This document shows, one piece after another, positions 14,030-33,012 of a DNA stretch of 64,000 nucleotides. Below the pieces are notes generated by a model. It made no database searches. It worked only from the letters and a program-made list of their open reading frames with translations, and was not told the origin of the DNA. The position numbers were made by a program, and so were the translations under genes. Source of the stretch: the human T2T-CHM13v2.0 reference genome, Homo sapiens; the NCBI RefSeq assembly GCF_009914755.1, contig NC_060934.1; one strand, given 5' to 3'. Position 1 is the stretch's first letter, and each line of letters begins with the position of its first letter.

Positions 14030-14052
14030 GAGCTCAGCAAAACCCAAGCTCA

Positions 14053-14259
<207 letters not shown>

Positions 14260-14266
14260 CTACTCA

Positions 14267-14362
<96 letters not shown>

Positions 14363-14499
14363 TCAAAAAAAAAAAAAAAGAAAAGAAAAAGAGCTTTATG
14401 ATAGATTTCTATAAAATTGCTTCACTCACTGAATGCAGCACAGTTATAGTGTCTGCATGTTTCTCAGACAAGCCAAACCTACCTAGCCTGCTCAGCTGC

Positions 14500-16124
<1,625 letters not shown>

Positions 16125-17102
16125 CCCTCCCTACACACTGGGGGTTTACTTGCAATTTAAGACTTCACATTTTATATTAGTATGAACAGGGAAAATATAT
16201 TTTGTAAAACCACATGTAAACCTCGTAAAGGATTCACTGGTAGGGTCATTGTATTATTCTATCTATTTTTAGGTATGTTTGAAACTCTTCATTATTAAAA
16301 AAATTTTTTTGGCCGGGTGCGGTGGCTCACGTAATCTCAGCACTCTGGGAGGCCAAGGCAGGTGGATCATGTGAGGTCATGAGTTTGAGACCAGCCTTGC
16401 CAACATGGCAAAACCCCATCTCTACTAAAAATACAAAAATTATCTGGGCGTGGTGGCACACGCCTGTAGTCTCAGCTACCTGGGAGGCTCAGGCAGAAGA
16501 ATCACTAAAACAAGGAGGCGAAGGTTGCAGTGAGTCAAGATTGCGCCCCTGCACTCTAGCCTGGGTGAAAGAGCAAGACTCCATCTCAAAAAAAAAAAAG
16601 ATAATTTTTTAAATCTAATGAAGGAGGAAAGAAAAGTCCTGACAGGCATGCTGAATCATAGCATACTCTTGCAGGTGTGAAGTACAGAGGACGTAGCCAA
16701 CTCTCAAGACCAAGGGCTTCATTTTCCATGCTACCTTGCCTGTCACCTCTCCCAGATCCTGGGAAAATGTGATCCACTATTTCACAGTAGGAAATAGAAA
16801 TGGTGCCCAGTTTTTTGAAGGCTTGATTCAGTTTGGCATTTTGGAGATGTCATCTTAAGGACAGTGTGAGGTTTTTCTGTAATCTGTGCATTTTGGTCAT
16901 CTGTCCCACCCTCATGTTATGGATAAGCAGTGGCAGCATTTCCCAGATGTAAGCTGACACACACTAAAGCTGAACTGGATAAAAAATACATCAGGTAAAA
17001 CTATGGAACATCTGAAATATGATGTATATTCTACGTAGAAGCTGTGTTACAGTACCAAATAACATTTCAGTTTCATCCTGATTTCATCAGTCAACAATTT
17101 AG

Positions 17103-17495
<393 letters not shown>

Positions 17496-18299
17496 TAATA
17501 ATAGCTTCAGATTACCAAAACAACTCTAGTATCTTGGTGAGTGCTGCCAATTTCATTGCAACTTCTCAGCAGGAGCCCCGTCTGCTGATGTAATTTATCA
17601 TAATGGAAGTGGTGCCCAACTTCTGAATGCATGAGAAAGGCTAGACCTTACCTGTTGTTTTAAGGTAAGGTCTACTGCTAACTAGTAGGAGGTGTCTAAT
17701 TTATTAGACTGAAATTCACTTGCAAAAATATTCTAAAAGCCTTATATTAAAAAAAAACTGTAAAAGTTTATATCTTTTCCTGTGCATTCAACTCAAAGAA
17801 GATAGGGCCTAGTAAATTTACCTGAAAAATATTTAAGTATTCTAATATAAAAACTGAATCTCACTGAGGGATTCAGGTGGCTTAAAACTCACCTGAACCC
17901 TGAACCTCTATTTTCTCATTTACTGAAGTTTATTGGGGTTTTTGGTTTTTTTGTTTTTTTTTGAAATGAAGTCTCTGTCACCCAGGCTGGAGTGCAGTGG
18001 CATAATCTCGGCTCACTGCAACCTCCACTTCCCGGCTCAAGTGATTCTCCTGCATCAGCCTCTCAAGTAGCTGGGATTACAGATGCACACCACCATGCCC
18101 GACTAATCTTTGTATTTTAAGTAGAGTTGGAGTTTCACCCTGTTGTCCAGGCTGGTCTCGAACTCCTGACCTCAAGTGATCCGCCCGCCTCAGCCTTCCA
18201 GAGTGCTGGGATTACAGGCAGGAACCTGTAACTGTGCCTAGACTACAGAAGTGGTTTTTATATGCTAATTTGTCCCTACCCTCCACTGCTTTTGTTTTA

Positions 18300-18738
<439 letters not shown>

Positions 18739-20116
18739 TTAGTTCTAAGGCTGCTGGTAAGAGGAGCCAGCGTGACATCATATTTTAAAATTATATGTAA
18801 AGCAAGATCAAAAGCTTTCCTCATGCTGATTTAGTGTCGATAGTTAAATTACAGCACCTTTTATGTAGTTATACTTCATTTTTCATTGCTTTCTGCCGGG
18901 TCTGAGGAATTGGAATGAGCATTACCTTGTGCAGATGTTCAGATTCGATTTTTAAAGAAAAAGTCATATTTCAGAATCCCTCTCCCTTTTTTCCCCTCTA
19001 AGATACAACCTGATGGTATTTGAAAATAAGCATTTGGAATAAGTGCAACATTTGGTTAGTGTGTGTTTAAATGAGGATATGTTTTAGGTTCCAAATGGTT
19101 ATTTCGCCAGTTTGATTTTCTTGAAATTTAGTTTTTAAAAATTGCCATAGATGATGGTGGTAATAATGATTAAAATGAAATGGGGGACATTCCCTCTGAA
19201 CTGTAAAATTTATATCTGTGTCCTGTCTTCTTGAGCCTACTTATCCTATAGTTTGTGTTAAACTTGGGAAATAAAAGTTTAAATTTCTAATGAGAAGGTT
19301 AAATGTGAGTTGGAAGAAAGTTTTACAAACATCTTCTGTTGGTTACTGAGGTTGTCATACTAAACGTTTAATTTAAGACATTACTACGCGGGGTGCGGTG
19401 GCTTACGCCTGTAATCCACACTTTGGGAGGCCAAGGCAGGCGGATCACTTGAGGTCAGGAGTTCGAGACCAACCTAGCCAACATGGTGAAACCCCATCTC
19501 TACTAAAAATATAAAATTTAGCTGGGTGTGGTGGTGTATGCCTGTAGTCCCAGCTACTCATGGAGGCTGAAGTGGGAGAATCACTTGAACCTGGGAGGCG
19601 AAGGTTGTGAGCCAATATTGCACCACTGCACTCCAGCCTGGGTGACAGAGCGAGACCCTGTCTCAAAAACAAGAAAGACAGTATTAAAAGCCTTGAACAT
19701 TGAGACAGTTGAGTCTTTAAAATACTTTTAAAAAATGCTTCTCACCTATCTTCCCTATCCACCCCAAAATTTAATTGTAAACTTATAAACTTAAACACCT
19801 GACCAAGAACACTGTTATAAAGATGATTCTTCAGCCCAATAAGATCAGCCAGACTTCTGATCGTTTACTGTTTTTTTGGCTAATGGTACAATTTCTACTT
19901 CTTCAATGGGGAATTCATAAAATGTAGTTGTGGCAGGGTTTCTCATACATTTGTAAATGTATAGAAATGGCTGTGTGGTGAAGCCAGAGTTTTTATACCG
20001 TTTCTCTTAGAGAAATAACATTCTTTATCCTAGATCCGATGTCCAGTTTTCACAAGCTGATTGCTGAGAAGGTTCTAGGCGGCGTCTGTTAAAAAGCATT
20101 GCTTTCTGTTAATTAG

Positions 20117-20258
20117 ACATGTGCAAGCCAGCCAGCGCGCCATAGCCTTAATTGCAGAAATGATCCACACTGCTAGTCTGGTTCACGATGACGTTATTGA
20201 CGATGCAAGTTCTCGAAGAGGAAAACACACAGTTAATAAGATCTGGGGTGAAAAGAAG
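20117..20258 (+). CDS. PDSS1: PDSS1 exon 6 (first Asp-rich motif [13 protein letters not shown])
   Basis: 142 nt, [15 protein letters not shown] = FARM of trans-prenyltransferases; AAG|GTATGG donor. Confidence 0.98.
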
Positions 20259-20903
20259 GTATGGTTTTTTGGTTTTTTTAAAATCTCTCTTACTGAATCA
20301 CACGCTTTTCGGACCGCATTTGTTTCTCAGATTTGTCTCATTAAAAATATGCTTGCTCAAATGTAATGTGGTCTTCTGAATTTCAAAAAAGTATTCATGT
20401 CTTGTCCAAATACAGATATTTGATAAATAAATAATAAAAAATACCATGGAAAAATAAACTTAGTATTTCTAATAGAATTCCTTTGGTTATAAGGAAAGGG
20501 ATTTTCATGGGTGTCCAAAAAATGTATTTCATGAGGAATCATACGTTTTACTTTTGGGCTTAGATTACCCAGATTCAGTTTAATTTTTTAAACATTTGTA
20601 TAATTGAGTGCTGCATATAAATGCCAAAGCAAACAAATAAAACTAATAAAAGAAAAAAGAAACCTCAGAGAGATACTGTTCTGCCATGAAAATTCTGTCT
20701 TTTGAAATAGAAGTTCTGTAATTGGGTTTGGTTCATATATGTATATATTAAAGCATATTTCTATATTATTAGCATTGGGAATATGGGAAACAGGGACTTG
20801 GTTTGAGGATGCATAGATCCTGGGTTGAAGGATGAGAATAAAGTTGAACAGATGAGAATGAAAATGCACAGGCATCCATCGCCATCACCACACACGTGCT
20901 CTA

Positions 20904-21080
<177 letters not shown>

Positions 21081-21100
21081 TCAGCTACTCAGGAGGCTTA

Positions 21101-21226
<126 letters not shown>

Positions 21227-21318
21227 CTACCCCACCCTCACCTCCTTTTCTCTCATAGATTTATAGTATTCCTGGTTCATTCCTATTTAATTCTCCTTAT
21301 TAAAAGAAGAGATATATG

Positions 21319-21321
<3 letters not shown>

Positions 21322-21368
<47 letters not shown>

Positions 21369-21377
21369 TATATATAT
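21322..21377. repeat. (CA)n/(TA)n microsatellite
   Basis: About 20 CA units followed by TA. Confidence 0.95.
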
Positions 21378-22335
21378 GTTTATTGTTATCTTCACATGCT
21401 GGTTTTATTTGAACATAAATGACTGTTTTGAAATCGAGTCTTGCAATTTCATTTATATGCCTTTTATTTCAAATTTTAGATTAAAAGGTTTTACGTCCTG
21501 TTGACTAAATTCTGTACATCAGAATGTTGGCCAAAAAGCAGATGGCGTTTAGATTTGGAGAGGATGTGGGTAACTCTATGACCCATCCCTGCCGTCAGCT
21601 GTATCTGTTTTCAGGCATAGCCAGTCCTAAAGCCTTATGTGGAGCCTTGGGCGGGGGAAGAGGATCAAGAGAACAAATGATGGTCTCCGCCTTGGCTAGC
21701 CCCTGTGTGTCTGCCTCTGCCACTGGGGACCTCTTTCTGAGGGCAGGTCAAGGACACATGTGCCGCCTTCACCTGCCTCTTTCAGTTCTGACAGCCATCT
21801 GCTTAGCACAGGGCTACTTGCCAGTTCCTACCTGTTTCTGCCTCTGACCCACAACTGCTATGTTACCGGTACAAAACCCCCCACACACAGTGCCCCCTCG
21901 GTGAGCCCTTGTTAGGCCTGGCCTGGGCTTCCTAGCACTTCTTTCCTTTAACTCCCACCCCTGGCCGTCACAGTCCTGTGGCTTCCATGTCATATGCTGG
22001 ACCTTTGGTCTCTAGGATCTCCCCGGCCAGGTGAAGAAGGAACTAAAGGCCAAAGGATCCCGAGCCTTGAGCTGCTAATGATGTAGGGGCTGGGTCAGGG
22101 AATGTAAGTGGGTACCTATATATCATAATTTGTAAAATGACTTTATAGGCATATACTTACATCAGGATGTCTTACATAATATGTATATTATATAAAGTGG
22201 TGATTAATTGGTAAACACAATGAACATCACTGTTTAGATACTGAAGAACCTAAGACAATAAGTACCTAAATAGTTATGTTGAAAATTCTGTGAACTCTAG
22301 CCTTTATAACTAATTACTACAGAATGTAACACTTA

Positions 22336-22584
<249 letters not shown>

Positions 22585-23333
22585 TCAAGCCTGGGCAACA
22601 GAGCAAGACTCTTTCTCAAAAAAAAAAAAAAGAATGTAATATATATCTTTAAATATGCAAATTAATGTGATATATAGGGTGTATTTGGTTATAGCATATA
22701 ATTCAACTATTTATGCAGTAGTTTATAACTAGTTGCTAATACAGTGTAGACATCCATCACAGTCTAAAGAAGACTGGAAATATGTTGATTGCTTAGTGTT
22801 CAATGGAAAAACTTTTTTTTTTTTTGTCTAGGAATGAGGGGCAGTGTCACATAGTACAAAAAGCATTTCACTTGGAGCCAAAATTCTTTGGTTTAATTTT
22901 TATTGAAAATAACATGTATCGTGCCATGCTCTGGGGTGTGCTCAGTACTAGCTGAGATGATTCCTAGTCTGAGCTCCCACTCCACTCCACCCTCCCCACT
23001 GCCCTGGGAGCATAGAGACTAGAGCATCACTGACTGGTACGCAAGGTGTGATGGTCGCAGCGTGCATGGGTGTTGTACACGCACAAAAGGGAGGCATCTG
23101 ACCAGACTGAGGGATCGGGGGGAACTTCTTAGAGGTGGCATCTGAACCAATTATGCAAATAAGTCCACTCAGTGAAGAAGGGGGCAGAACTTTTTGAGCA
23201 GAAGGAACAGTAAGTGGAAAGGCACAAAGGAAGAATGAACATCCAGTGTAGTGAAACTGAAGGCAGCTGCATTTTGGTGGGGCTGGTGAGTGAAGCTGCT
23301 CTCCCTCTCCAGGCATTGATTTCTTCAGGTGTC

Positions 23334-23570
23334 AACTGGGGAGATGGACATGGTCATCTCTGAGAGCCAATACAGTTCAAGTACTGTCCCAAATCTGTAA
23401 CCGATTATTAGAAACTGGGAAGAGTGACATGGTCATCTCTGAGAGCCAGTCCAGTTCAAACACTGTCCCAAATCTGTAACTGATTATTACGAACTGGGAA
23501 GTGACATGGTCATCTCTGAGAGCCAGTCCAGTTCAAACACTGTTCCAAATCTGTAACTGATTGTTACGGA
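23334..23570. repeat. Tandem repeat, 3 copies of a 77-79 bp unit
   Basis: gacatggtcatctctgagagcca...aaatctgtaac recurs at 23347, 23426 and 23503. Confidence 0.95.
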
Positions 23571-23718
23571 CTCCTGTTGAGGAAGAAGAAGGTAAAAAAC
23601 CCTGCATCCAAGATGAGCCCCCACTTCCACGAAGCTCCCTTCCAGTCAGTTTCATCATTGGCTCTACTGCTCTGATGGATTTTTCAGAACGTTCTGTTTT
23701 CCCCCTGTCTTTTTCTAG

Positions 23719-23830
23719 GCTGTTCTTGCTGGAGATTTAATTCTTTCTGCAGCATCTATAGCTCTGGCACGAATTGGAAATACAACTGTTATATCTATTT
23801 TAACCCAAGTTATTGAAGATTTGGTGCGTG
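23719..23830 (+). CDS. PDSS1: PDSS1 exon 7 (AVLAGDLIL...EDLVR)
   Basis: 112 nt, AVLAGD motif, canonical splice sites. Confidence 0.97.
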
Positions 23831-23926
23831 GTACGTTGATTCTGATTTTTCTTCTTTGTTATTCAACCCTGGTGTTTAGCCAGGCAATAAAGCCACCTCT
23901 CAAATGACTCCTTTCCTTCTTTATAG

Positions 23927-24036
23927 GTGAATTTCTTCAGCTCGGGTCAAAAGAAAATGAGAATGAAAGATTTGCACACTACCTTGAGAAGACATTCAAG
24001 AAGACCGCCAGCCTGATAGCCAACAGTTGTAAAGCA
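23927..24036 (+). CDS. PDSS1: PDSS1 exon 8 (EFLQ...KTASL...CKA)
   Basis: 110 nt, KTASL motif, canonical splice sites. Confidence 0.97.
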
Positions 24037-24461
24037 GTATGTACGTTCTGTCTTTCTTCAAGTTAAAGCCTCATAGCTCTTTTTTGGGAGCTAATTTTCC
24101 TAGAAAATATTTCGGTGAAGAATCTTAAAATAGTACCCAAAAATCCCAAGAGGTTAATGAGGAAAAGAATGACATCCCCAAACAATAGAGGACTTCTGCT
24201 GTGTTTTCATTTTTGCCATCTTCTTTTGGTATGCAGGCGTTGACTTTTCATCTTTTCTTCCCAAGAATTCAATCAAAATAAGCTTTCCCGCACCTTCCCC
24301 AATCTGATTGCCAAACTGTATCATTTTGAACAATTTATCATAATTTCTCTAATGATTGATATCACACACACTCTTTCTGACACTTCACCTTTTAGAAATG
24401 AAGTGCTCTGTTCTTTAATATAATATTTACTCAGGAAAAGATATCTGTTAGATTGTACTAG

Positions 24462-24836
<375 letters not shown>

Positions 24837-26197
24837 TAAACAAGTCCTATTTCTTCAGAGTACAAATTGAGTATAAGCCATAACTGTTTTTCCCCTTGCT
24901 TTCTCCCTCCCTCCGCTGTGCATACACATGTATACATTTTTTTTTTAATGAGTAATACCTTTAATCCGTAGACAAATGTGTGGTATTCATCGTTAGTCCA
25001 AGAATGAAAAGCAGTCTCTCCATAGAATTGTTTATCTGCCCATCTCTAAGCCTGACAGATACACAGAGACAAAACCTGGACAAATGACATTCCCATGTAA
25101 TTACAGCCACAAAATAAGGAAGACCTGTAAGGGTCGCATGTCAATTGCTGTCATGATAGACTCCTAACATAATTAACAGGTAAAGAGAGCTTTTGCTCAG
25201 ACCTCTCAGATGAAAAAGTCTCTTGCTGTTAGTGTCTCTGTTTTGAAAAGTGTCAAGAAATGTATAATTGCAAGGCAGAAAAGAATGAGGACAATCTTTT
25301 CTTCCTAAAAAGACCTAATAGAAACTTTAAGGAATGTGAATTATGTAGAACATGCTAGCCACAGTCTCGACCACTTTTGTCTTTTTATTAAAAGGGCTAT
25401 TATGTTTTTATTTCCAAGAAATTATGTGGGTTTTTTTTTTAAAGTGAGATGGAAGAAAGTATAGACACGAGATGCTAAATAAGAGAATAGCCTATTTTAA
25501 GTGGGTGCTCTAACACTTTTACAGTAATCCTTTACATATTATCATGCCCTTGATGGCCCAACTCTCCCTGAAGGTCAGGATCCATCCTCTTAACACATTA
25601 GGGTGCCTTAATATTACTTACTAATATTTATCCTTAAGAGGATGTGTTAAGTGAGGCTCATTGATAATTTCACAATTTGAGACTGCAAACTTAGAAGCAT
25701 TAGCATGGTCAGGCAAGGTGGCTCACACCTGTAATCCCAGCATTTAGGGAGACTGAGGCGGAAGGTTTGCTTGTGACCAGAAGTTCAAGACCAACCTAGG
25801 CAACATAGCAAGATCCCCATCTCTACTTAAAAATAATGTTTAAAAAATAAAGTCTTAGAAGCATTAGTAGTAGTGAGACTATTGGAATTGGAAACACCAA
25901 GACTTACTGTCTGCACCATGCAGACATCCTGCAGGCACGGGGTGGGGCGGCACCAAATTGGAGCTAGCACAGAAATTCACTCAGTGATGGAAGCTTACAA
26001 AGGGTCCAAAGAAATGGACCTGAGTCATGATAGAGAGGTTTCCTTGTGGTCACTGTTTTCTGTTTAAGAAGCCAAAGATAATGCACAGGAATTCTTTTAT
26101 AAAGATATGCACCTCATTCTTCAAAGATTAGCAGCTGAACGAACAGTGAACATGTTAACGTGGCTGGACCCTTATTAAAAATGAAATGTTTCATGCT

Positions 26198-26214
26198 GCC
26201 CACTAGGGGGCATG
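26198..26214 (+). promoter_or_regulatory. Candidate CTCF site
   Basis: CCACTAGGGGGCA at 26200-26212 matches the core CTCF consensus in non-repeat DNA. Confidence 0.55.
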
Positions 26215-26760
26215 CTGGCATCGTCCCAGCACTACCTCCTTTTCATGTGGTTTATTCCTAAACTCCACAGCTCTTAGAATAATAAAGCAAAATGATAGTG
26301 TGAGCTATTTGAATAAAAGTTTCTATATTTAAGTGCCTATGGGTGGAAATATTCCAGAGGTGTTATGGATTCAAAATGGCTATTTTTACGTACTCTTGGT
26401 ATTTAAAATGCAAAGCCATGCGAGCTCCAAATAAATGCATGCAAAGCAAATTAGACACACCAAAAAGAGGGGAGGAGGAGAACTGAAAGAGCAGAATTAT
26501 TACAGAAGAAGAACTAATGGGATTGCAAAATGTATTGAGAATTGGAGGGAAACTTACAAGCTGCATTCTACTAAGGATACCATTTCTTCATCTCCCTTCC
26601 TTTTTTTAGTGAAAATAATATTAAAATCTAAGAGAGGGCTGTCTAGGGGGATTGTTTTGTGATTGACTGATATTAAAATAGAATCCATTTTAGGCCGGGC
26701 ACGGTGGCTCACACCTGTAATCCTAACACTTTAGGAGGCCGAGGCGAGTGGATCACTTTA

Positions 26761-27001
<241 letters not shown>

Positions 27002-27411
27002 TTATTATCAAAAGATGACTTATTTATTTACATACTTACTCACTTGCAAAATACATTTTGTACTCATGCAAAATACATTTTGTAGCTTACTAATAAAGAC
27101 AGTGGCTTGTTTCCCAGGAAATCTGGTGGAAATGAGACCTGAGAGGTCAGAGGGCCTGTCCAGTTGTTGTTAAGCCAGACAGTAGCTGAGTTGAGACTTG
27201 AACCCAGAGCTGGGTATGGTAATCCTGCCTTGTTTCTCTCTCTCTCTCTCTTTTTTTTTTTTTTCTGAATTTCTATTTTCTCCAGGGCTGCTTGTGGCCT
27301 GGAATTAATGGGCTCTCTTCCTATTACTTGATTTTCAAAGCCTCAGAGTACCACTACAGAATTGCATATTGTGGGTCACATTAGCAGAACACTCTTTTTT
27401 TTTTTTTTTAA

Positions 27412-27645
<234 letters not shown>

Positions 27646-28181
27646 TAACGAAAGGGAAAACATATTTTTCTGTTCCAGCATCCAGTCCAGGATTTCACGT
27701 TGCATTTTGCTGTCATGACTCTGTAGTCTCTTGTCATCTAGAACAGTCTTTCTTTGCCTCTCATTACCTTGGTATTTGGAAGAGTGCAGGCCAGTTATGT
27801 TGTTGAGCCTCTCAGTCGGGCTTCTCTGATACTTCTCAAGATTCGATCCAGGTTATGAATATTTGGCAGGAATACCACAAGAGCGGTGCTGTCCTCAGCT
27901 CCTCATACCAGGAGGCGCGTGCTGTCTTGTCTGTCCCGTTACTGGTGATGCATGCCTGGATCGCTTGATTAGGATACTGTCGGGCCGGGCACAGTGGCTC
28001 ATGCCTGTAATCCCAGCACTTTGGAAGGCCGAGGTGGGCAGATTACCTGAGGTCAAGAGTTCAAGACCAGCCTGGCCAACATGGTAAAACCCCATCTCTA
28101 CTAAAATTATAAAAAATTAGCTGGGCATGGTGGCGGGCACCTGTAATCTCAGCACTTTGGGAGGCCGAGGCGGGTAGATCA

Positions 28182-28397
<216 letters not shown>

Positions 28398-28453
28398 TCA
28401 AAAAAAAAAGATACTGTCTGCCAGGTTTCTTCAATCTAAAATTACTATTTTAA

Positions 28454-28813
<360 letters not shown>

Positions 28814-29599
28814 TGAGTAGCTGGGATTACATGCGGCTGCCACCATACCCGGATGACTTTTTTGTATTTTTAGTAGAGACGGGGTTTTGCCATTTTGCCC
28901 AGGCTGGTCTCAAACTCCTGGCCTCAAGTGATCGCCCACCTCGGCCTCCCAAAGTGCTGGGATTATAGGCGTGAGTCACCGTGCCCAGCCATCTTATTTT
29001 ATTCTGTAGATTATAACACTGTCATTATTTTAATACTCAATTATCCAACGTATGGCCAGTAGGGGAGGCCCTTTAACCTGGCTCTGTGTCCTCCATCATT
29101 TTTTCAGCACCCCATTTCTGGCAGGAGATATTCAGCCCTGTTATTCACTGTTCTCCAAGGAGCCCACATTCCTTTTGGTGGAAAATGGTGTTAAGAAACC
29201 AGAATTTGAGTACTGGGTGTCATCGTTTCTAGACCCACTCAATGGACAGAGCTAGGAAATACATGTATGTATTATATGTAATGTAGGTAGATACGTGTAT
29301 ATCTTTCTGTACCCATCCATACTTATTCAAAACCACGAGGTATCAAACAGATAGTTCCAAATCCATCTAACACCACAGGATTTGTGGTTTATTCCAGGAT
29401 TCCATCTTTCCATATTTGTAACCCCCTTCCCAAACAGTGAGAGACCTGGCTCCTCTTCTCCGCGGTGTATTTATTTGCACAATCTGAGAATATACCATAG
29501 GAGTTTACAAATTCATGACTCATATCTCTGTGAAAAACAAACCCAGTAGCTAGAATTCAGTATTTATCATTCCTTTTGTCTTGGGCCTGAGGATAATAG

Positions 29600-30025
<426 letters not shown>

Positions 30026-31665
30026 TAGCCAGGATGGTCTCGATCTCCTGACCTCGTGATCCGCCCGCCTCGGCCTCCCAAAGTGCTGGGATTACAGGTG
30101 TGAGCCACCGCGCCCAGCCTAGTTGGATTCATTTTTATTCCACTTTAGGGATTCCCTCTCATTCTTGCTGATTTCGTGTTTTGGTTTTGAGCGTTTTGTT
30201 ATTGTTGCTGTTGTTTTGAATGTTTGAAACAACGTGGCTGGGCACAGTGTCTCATGCCTGTAATCCTAGCACTTTGGGAGGCCAAGGCAGATGGATTGCT
30301 TGAGCCCAGGAGTTTGAGACCAGCCTGGGCAACATGGCGAAACCTCTGTCTACAAGGAATACAAAAATTAGCTGGGTGTGGTAGTGCACACCTGAAGTCC
30401 CAGCTACCTGGGAGGCTGAGGTGGGAGGATCACCTGAGCCCTGGGAGGTCGAGGCTGCAGTGAGCTGTGATCACACCACTGCACTCCAGCCTGGCAACAG
30501 AGTGAGACTCTGTCTAAAAAAATAATAATAATAAAAAAAATAAAAGACATTAATGTAGCTCCAAAAGTCAGAACTATACAATACAGTAACTCTCCCTTTT
30601 GCCCTGTTTTCTTCCCCTACCCCCTTGTAGGTAAGCAGTCTCGTTCACTTCTGGTTCCTCCTTCCTGGGTTTCGTTTAGCACAAACAGGCAGACACAAGT
30701 ATGCTATCTTCCCTTCTTTCTCACAGCAAGAAGTAGTACCCTAGACTACTCTGCTTTCCTTTTGCATTTCTTCAGTTAACAATTTATTAGGAAAATGATT
30801 CCACATTGGTTTGTAGGATCTTCCTCATTTTTAAAACCACTGTATCAGGGCTGGGCTTGTAATCCCAGCACTTTGGGAGGCTGAGGCGGCCGAATCACGA
30901 GGTCAGGAGTTCGAGACCAGCCTGGCCAACATGGTGAAACCCCTTCTCCACTAAAAATACAAAAATTAGCTGGGCGTGGTGGCACACACCTGTAATCCCA
31001 GCACTTTGGGAGGCCAAAGCAGGCGGATCACTTGAGACCAGAGTTCAAGGCCAGGCCGGCCAACATGGTGGAACCCCATCTCTACTAAAAGTACAAAAAT
31101 TAGCCAGGTATGGTGGTGGGTGCCTGTAATCCCAGCTACTCGGGAGGCTGAGGCACAAGAATAGCTTGAACCCGGGAGGTGGAGGTTGTAGTGAGCCAAG
31201 ATCACGTCACTGCACTCCAGCATGGGCGACAAAGTGAGACTCCATCTCAAAAAAATTAATAAATAAATAATTTAAAAATTTTTTTAAAAGCCTCTGTATC
31301 AGATCCCATTATGTGGACATAGCATGGTTTATTCAGCCAATCTTCTATACATGGGCATTTAGGTTTCCAGTTTTACAATTACAAACACTACTGCAAGGGC
31401 TGATCGTGCATAAACCTATTTTTGTGTTGTGAGAGGAGTGCCTGCAGGGTGAATTTAGGGGTAATTGCACATGTGGTTTTGTTAGGCACCACCAGATTTC
31501 CCTCTGTTGGGTCTGTACCAGTATGTGTTTCCACCAGCAGCTTTTCAGAACCTCTTTTCCCACAGCCTTACTAACTAAATGTGCCATTACACGCTTGAGT
31601 TTTTGCCAGTCCAGTAGAGGAGAATGTATTGCAGTGGAGTTTTAATTTACATCTCTCCTTTCTGA

Positions 31666-31900
<235 letters not shown>

Positions 31901-32715
31901 TGATGCAAGGTGTGAACCTTCCCCAGAAAGAAGTGCATACGCACAGCACAGCCTGGCTGCAGCATCTGCTTCAAACAAAACAGTTAGCCGAGCTCCACTT
32001 TCTTTGACTTAATCATTCTTCATGCTCCACCCATTTCCGGAAAGATGTGAGGCATCCCTCTGATGCTGAGCGCAAGTCTGTGCACCTCTTTGCCTTCTTG
32101 TATGTTGTGCTATGTTGCGTCCAATTTGTGGCAGTTGTTTTCTGTTTTCCTGCTACAGATCTAGGCAGTACTGACCTGGGATGGGGAAGCAGGACTCTCT
32201 GGCATGGTCTTTATGCTACCCCAGGGAAATCTGGGATAGTTGAAATCTGAGCAGTAATGTCCCTTCGCCATGTGTCAGGCAGAAGCTGCCCACTAAATAA
32301 GCTCTGTTCAGCATGTGTGGGCACAGAGGGGACAGTGCAGACAGACTGCAGCTTTATGCTTACTTGGACACATTCCTTGACCTCTTGGAGGTTCTATTTT
32401 GTTGCCCAGCATAGAAGCAGCACTCCTGTGTTGAAGTGATGAAGAGAACAGTGTCTGGAGCCAGACCATGTGGATGAAATTCAGGTTCCAGCGTGTTGGA
32501 GCCATGTAATGCCTGGTACCGTCTGTGTCTCAGTTTCTCGAACTTCATAAGTGACTTAAGATGTGAGAACTCTCAGAACAGTGCCTAGCACATAGTGGAC
32601 GCTCAGAAATTGTTAGCTTTTATCATCACCAACCACATAATCCATATTTGTGGGATATTGTGAGGTTTAACTCAAATCATACAAAGTGTTCATCATATGT
32701 GCTCCACACATTTTA

Positions 32716-33012
<297 letters not shown>

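Noticed and set aside
23334-23570. Possible CRISPR-like array
   Set aside because: Eukaryotic DNA; whole units repeat with no unique spacers
23831-23926. 96-nt intron 7 (multiple of 3) as an in-frame retained intron
   Set aside because: Contains an in-frame TGA (...CTC AAA TGA), so retention truncates the protein
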